10,555 bases of DNA, taken from positions 1 to 10,555 of the forward strand of contig JBDGTY010000007.1 of assembly GCA_042216335.1 (NCBI GenBank), written 5' to 3'. Shown one piece after another: positions 7,337 to 10,555 of the stretch; position 1 is the first letter of the stretch; each line of letters opens with the position of its first letter. The notes under the pieces were generated by a model. That model had not been told where the DNA came from, made no database searches, and saw only the letters and a program-made list of their open reading frames with translations. This DNA comes from Candidatus Nanohalobium sp. Lineage in GTDB: Archaea; Nanohalarchaeota; Nanosalinia; Nanosalinales; Nanosalinaceae. Position numbers and translations under genes: made by a program.

Positions 7337-8305
7337 CTAGAATTCCAGAACTCTTTCAAGTCCGTTTACAGCTCTCTCCTTGTTAGGCATGTAGAAGTCT
7401 TCAAGGGTGTAGAGCGGGTAGGGTACGTCGGGTGCTGTAACTCGCTCTACAGGCGCCTCCATGCTGAGGATGGCGTTCTCCTGTATTCTTGTTGCTATCT
7501 CTGCCCCGAATCCTGCTGATTTAGGTGCCTCGTGTAGCACCATGGCTCTACCGGTCTTTTCAACTGATTCTATTATCTTATTGAAGTCTGTAGGGTATAT
7601 CGTTCTCGGGTCGACTATCTCCACTGAGGCATCGACCTCATCCGCAGCGTCCTCCGCAACAGGAATCATCGCGCCCCATGCGATCAGCGTCACGTCTTCT
7701 CCTTCCTGGACTACACGAGATTTTTCCAGATCCACTTCTTTCTCCCTGTCGACTTCCTCCTTGAAGGCTCTGTACGTCTTCTTTGGCTCAAGGAACACGA
7801 CCGGGTCGTCTAATTGTATAGATTTTCTGAGCAGTGAGTAAGTGTCCTGTGGCGTACTTGGTATTACGACATGTAGGCCTTCAGCATGAGAATAGTATGT
7901 TTCAGGGCTTTCCTGGTGGTGTTCCAGGGCGTTGATTCCTCCACCGTATGGCATCCTGATTGTCATAGGAACTGTGTAGTCTCCACGACTCCTGATTCTG
8001 AATCTGGCTGCGTGCTCCTTGATCTGGTGGAAGGCAAGGTACCCGAAGCCCGAGAACTGCATTTCAACAACAGGCCTGAAACCGTAGAGGCTCATTCCTA
8101 TACCTGTACCGACTATACCGGACTCGGCTAAAGGACTGGAGAAACATCTTTCCTCGCCGAATTCTTCTTGAAGGCCTTTCGTCGCTCTGAAGACTCCGCC
8201 GTCCTCGCCGACGTCCTCTCCGTACGCTACAACGTCTTCATCATCTTCCATCTCGTCGTGGATCGCCGCATTAACAGCCTCAACGATATTCATCTTATCT
8301 CCCAT
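7337..8305 (-). CDS. pdhB: 2-oxoacid (pyruvate) dehydrogenase E1 beta subunit
   Basis: GEDVGEDGGVFRATKGL, PLAESGIVG, EMQFSGF, EHHQESPE, DPVVFLEPK and SVEKTGR are typical E1-beta motifs. Confidence 0.95.
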   Translation of the reverse strand: MGDKMNIVEAVNAAIHDEMEDDEDVVAYGEDVGEDGGVFRATKGLQEEFGEERCFSSPLAESGIVGTGIGMSLYGFRPVVEMQFSGFGYLAFHQIKEHAARFRIRSRGDYTVPMTIRMPYGGGINALEHHQESPETYYSHAEGLHVVIPSTPQDTYSLLRKSIQLDDPVVFLEPKKTYRAFKEEVDREKEVDLEKSRVVQEGEDVTLIAWGAMIPVAEDAADEVDASVEIVDPRTIYPTDFNKIIESVEKTGRAMVLHEAPKSAGFGAEIATRIQENAILSMEAPVERVTAPDVPYPLYTLEDFYMPNKERAVNGLERVLEF

Positions 8306-9361
8306 CTACTGGTTCACCTCCTTTCTGAGCTGCTCTTTCTCCTTCTGCAGTAGTTCTGGCATCTCATCGTAGACATAATCGAACAGTTCGTCGAAGCCTG
8401 GATCATCTGCATCTATAGCCTTCTCAGCTGCCTTATCTACTTTCTCCTCTGCTTCTTCCTCGAAGTTCTCGAGTTCGTCGTTCCAGATGCCGTGTTCCTT
8501 GAGGTACTCTCTGAAACGTTTGAGAGGATCTTTCTTCTTCCACTCATCGACCTCTTCCTCGTCCCTGTAACGTGTGGAGTCGTCGGAAGTCGTGTGATCC
8601 TCCAATCTGTAGGTCTCAGCCTCGATAAGCACTGGTTTGCCGTTCCTGGCCTTCTCCAGCGCTTCCTCGACCGCTTTGATGACTGCAAGTATATCGTTTC
8701 CGTCGACCTGTATACCCTCGATACCATGTGCAATGGCCTTCTGTGCGATAGTATCCGATTTTGTCTGTTTTTCACGTGGCATGGAGATCGCGTACTGATT
8801 ATTCTGCACGAAGAAGATCGAGTGTGCGCTGTATACTCCGGCAAAGTTCATGGCCTCGTGGAAGTCTCCCTGAGAAGTACTTCCGTCGCCGGTAAATCCC
8901 AGAACAGCGTTTTCATCGCCTTTCTTCTCCATCGCCATCCCTATCCCGGCGAGGTGCTGGTTCTGAGTCCCGACTGGGATCGCGACGGGCAACGTGTTCA
9001 GATCCTTCAGGCCTTTCTGGCCGTTGGCGTCGCCCATCCATCTCTGGAATATCTTGTCTAGCGGCGCGCCTCGTGCGATGAATGCTGCGGTCTCCCTGAA
9101 GCTGGGCACCATCCAGTCCTCGTCGTCCAGGGCAAACATCGCACCTATCTGACAGGCCTCCTGGCCCTTGTGCGGTGCGTAGGTGCTTATCTCACCTCTT
9201 CTCTGGAGGGAGAAAGCTTTTTCATCAAATTTCCTTGCGATTACCATCTGCCGGTAAAGCTCCCGGTACTCGTCCTCCTCCACCCAGGGAAAGTCCTCGT
9301 CATCATCAGTTCCCATAACCTCGATCCGCTGGATAGAGCCATTGTAGACTTCTTCGCGCAT
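8306..9361 (-). CDS. pdhA: 2-oxoacid (pyruvate) dehydrogenase E1 alpha subunit
   Basis: LQRRGEISTYAPHKGQEA, the ThDP-binding motif GDGSTSQGDFHE...NN, VDGND and YRLEDHTTSDD. Pyruvate versus branched-chain specificity cannot be fixed from sequence alone. Confidence 0.93.
   Translation of the reverse strand: MREEVYNGSIQRIEVMGTDDDEDFPWVEEDEYRELYRQMVIARKFDEKAFSLQRRGEISTYAPHKGQEACQIGAMFALDDEDWMVPSFRETAAFIARGAPLDKIFQRWMGDANGQKGLKDLNTLPVAIPVGTQNQHLAGIGMAMEKKGDENAVLGFTGDGSTSQGDFHEAMNFAGVYSAHSIFFVQNNQYAISMPREKQTKSDTIAQKAIAHGIEGIQVDGNDILAVIKAVEEALEKARNGKPVLIEAETYRLEDHTTSDDSTRYRDEEEVDEWKKKDPLKRFREYLKEHGIWNDELENFEEEAEEKVDKAAEKAIDADDPGFDELFDYVYDEMPELLQKEKEQLRKEVNQ
8314..8321 (-). promoter_or_regulatory. 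Shine-Dalgarno GGAGGTGA for pdhB, embedded in the 3' end of pdhA
   Basis: The minus strand reads GGAGGTGAACCAGTAG-ATG, a full archaeal SD consensus 8 nt before the pdhB start. Confidence 0.8.
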
Positions 9362-9387
9362 TATGTTTGAAACAGCTCAGGGCTCGC

Positions 9388-9394
9388 ATATAAA
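9388..9394 (-). promoter_or_regulatory. TATA box (TTTATAT) of the pdh operon
   Basis: It lies at -33 to -27 from ATG 9361, with purine-containing AAACGA just upstream (BRE-like). No SD precedes pdhA, consistent with a leaderless or near-leaderless mRNA. Confidence 0.65.
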
Positions 9395-9399
9395 GAATC

Positions 9400-9408
9400 G
9401 TTTGCGAC
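9400..9408 (+). repeat. 9-bp direct repeat GTTTGCGAC, left copy
   Basis: Exact match to 10000-10008. The two copies bracket the low-GC ORF. Confidence 0.7.
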
Positions 9409-9450
9409 TGAAGAGTGGACATTTTAGATTTAATGTTTTTATTAGGCTTT

Positions 9451-9996
9451 ATGGAAGATGAGGATGTCCTTTATATAGGTATGAAGGAGTTTGCCTATTT
9501 GGATCAGGAGATTGTTAACGAATTGGACTATAGGGCTATAGAGACTCCAGGAGTAGCTTCATGTTTCGGTGTAGGGTTTTACGATTCTGATTCTGGTGCT
9601 GTAGGCCTCATCCATGCTAACAGGAATAAGTTGGATCAGGTGAAAGAGGCTATTCATGTTTTTGATAGGGAGCTAGATGTAAAATTCGATAATATTGAGT
9701 TCTGGACAACTGAGCAAAGTTACAATAGAGAGATGGGTATGCAAGAAGGTTCGACTTGGAGAATAACAGAAGGAGGAAAATTGGTTGAAGAACTGTTATC
9801 ACAGAAGGCTAGAGCAGAGGTAAGAACTAATTTTGCTGATACCTCTGTTTCTATAGGAGTTGAATACGGTGAGGGAATATATCTGTCTGATGTAGAGACT
9901 GCGGAAAGGTTAGATGATCCGCTGGGAATAATCAATGAAGATACTAATGAGTCTGACAAGTTGGTAGTTGATATGATTCATGAATTAAGAAGTTAG
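9451..9996 (+). CDS. Orphan protein with a CheD/NTAN1/CNF1/YfiH-like cysteine hydrolase (deamidase) signature
   Basis: Acidic ORF, open from GTG 9415, with ATG 9451 (MEDEDVLYIG) judged the likelier start. Segment LYIGMKEFAY...IETPGVASCFGVGFYDSDSGAVGLIH gives T-x5-C-x16-H (Cys codon 9562-9564, His codon 9613-9615). The CDS itself is high confidence and the fold call is moderate. Confidence 0.65.
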   Translation: MEDEDVLYIGMKEFAYLDQEIVNELDYRAIETPGVASCFGVGFYDSDSGAVGLIHANRNKLDQVKEAIHVFDRELDVKFDNIEFWTTEQSYNREMGMQEGSTWRITEGGKLVEELLSQKARAEVRTNFADTSVSIGVEYGEGIYLSDVETAERLDDPLGIINEDTNESDKLVVDMIHELRS

Positions 9997-9999
9997 TGT

Positions 10000-10008
10000 G
10001 TTTGCGAC
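10000..10008 (+). repeat. 9-bp direct repeat GTTTGCGAC, right copy
   Basis: Exact match to 9400-9408, starting 4 nt after the ORF stop at 9996. Confidence 0.7.
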
Positions 10009-10028
10009 CTTCCGGTGAACTCAACAAC

Positions 10029-10036
10029 CTAAATAA
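10029..10036 (+). promoter_or_regulatory. Putative TATA box (CTAAATAA) for the acetate-CoA ligase gene
   Basis: TAAATA lies at -29 to -24 from GTG 10059. No SD is visible before the start. Confidence 0.45.
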
Positions 10037-10058
10037 CGAGTTTCTGAAAGTATCCCAC

Positions 10059-10555
10059 GTGACTCTGGACAAACTCTTCAAACCGGAGAAGGTGGCGGTG
10101 ATAGGAGCCTCAAGGGAGGAGGGTAAGACCGGCCACGAGATATTCGAGAACCTTCTGCATGGCTTTGAGGGCGAGGTCTATCCCGTCAACCCGAACGCAG
10201 ATGAAATCGAGGGGTTAGAAGCTCATGATGACGTACAGGATGGAACAGAACTAGTAGTCATAGCAGTCCCTGGAAAGATAGTTCCCAATGTTATAGAGGA
10301 TGCTGGGGAGAAGGGAGTTAAGGCCGCGATAGTTGTATCGGCAGGTTTCTCAGAAGCAGGAAATGAAGAACTTGAGGAAGAAGTCCTGAAAACTGCTGAG
10401 GAATACGGTATAGACCTTCTAGGCCCGAACGTACTCGGACTGATAAATACAGAGAACTCGATGAACGCCTCGTTCGCCTCGAAGATGCCGGAAGAAGGCA
10501 ATATCTCGTTCATGTCTCAGTCCGGGGCATTCTGCACAGCGATACTCGACTACGC
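10059..10555 (+). CDS. acdA: ADP-forming acetate-CoA ligase (acyl-CoA synthetase, NDP-forming), alpha / N-terminal CoA-binding part; 3' end outside window
   Basis: Absent from the ORF track. Manual translation from GTG 10059: MTLDKLFKPEKVAVIGASREEGKTGHEIFENLLHGFEGEVYPVNP...VIAVP...VVSAGFSEAG...LLGPNVLGLIN...MNASF...GNISFMSQSGAF. VAVIGAS, YPVNP, SAGFxE, GPN and SQSGA are ACD-alpha hallmarks. Confidence 0.92.
   Translation, partial: MTLDKLFKPEKVAVIGASREEGKTGHEIFENLLHGFEGEVYPVNPNADEIEGLEAHDDVQDGTELVVIAVPGKIVPNVIEDAGEKGVKAAIVVSAGFSEAGNEELEEEVLKTAEEYGIDLLGPNVLGLINTENSMNASFASKMPEEGNISFMSQSGAFCTAILDY

Noticed and set aside
1898-9370. Many plus-strand ORFs antisense to the ATPase and pdh genes (e.g. 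2479-3168, 3487-4002, 5726-6535, 8492-9061)
   Set aside because: They are shadow ORFs. Their Ser/Phe/Leu-rich translations mirror the acidic codons of well-supported minus-strand genes and carry no motifs.
9720-9959. 79-aa minus-strand ORF as a possible antitoxin or overlapping gene
   Set aside because: It is a Ser-rich antisense shadow of the acidic plus-strand ORF with no independent support.
9415-9996. Naming the orphan gene cheD
   Set aside because: Only the N-terminal catalytic pattern matches. The CheD C-terminal motifs and any chemotaxis neighbours are absent.
10223-10513. 96-aa minus-strand ORF
   Set aside because: It is antisense to the clearly recognisable acdA frame.
1-10555. 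CRISPR arrays, tRNA/rRNA genes, transposases or integrases
   Set aside because: None was seen. Intergenic gaps are all under about 90 nt and no such motifs were recognised.

Overview
Archaeal genomic window. The strongly acidic (D/E-rich) proteins, moderate GC, TATA boxes about 25-30 nt upstream of start codons, a GGAGGTGA ribosome-binding site and very tight gene packing fit an extreme halophile, most likely a Nanohaloarchaeota-type DPANN symbiont (inference). The minus strand carries a four-gene 2-oxoacid (probably pyruvate) dehydrogenase operon (E1a, E1b, E2, E3). After it come a SERCA-like P2A ATPase, a 55-aa Cys-rich TRASH-like protein, an uncharacterised 3-TM protein with a His/Cys-rich soluble domain, and a CcdA/DsbD-like membrane protein that runs off the left edge. 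The plus strand ends with the 5' part of an ADP-forming acetate-CoA ligase, transcribed divergently from the dehydrogenase operon. Between them lies a lower-GC (about 39%) orphan gene bracketed by a 9-bp direct repeat (GTTTGCGAC, 600 nt apart). It encodes a protein with the T-x5-C-x16-H catalytic pattern of the CheD/NTAN1/CNF1/YfiH cysteine-deamidase fold. The best leads are this orphan deamidase-like cassette and the TRASH / His-protein / CcdA module, in which the first two ORFs are in frame and separated by a single UGA. All family assignments come from motif recognition by eye, not from database searches.
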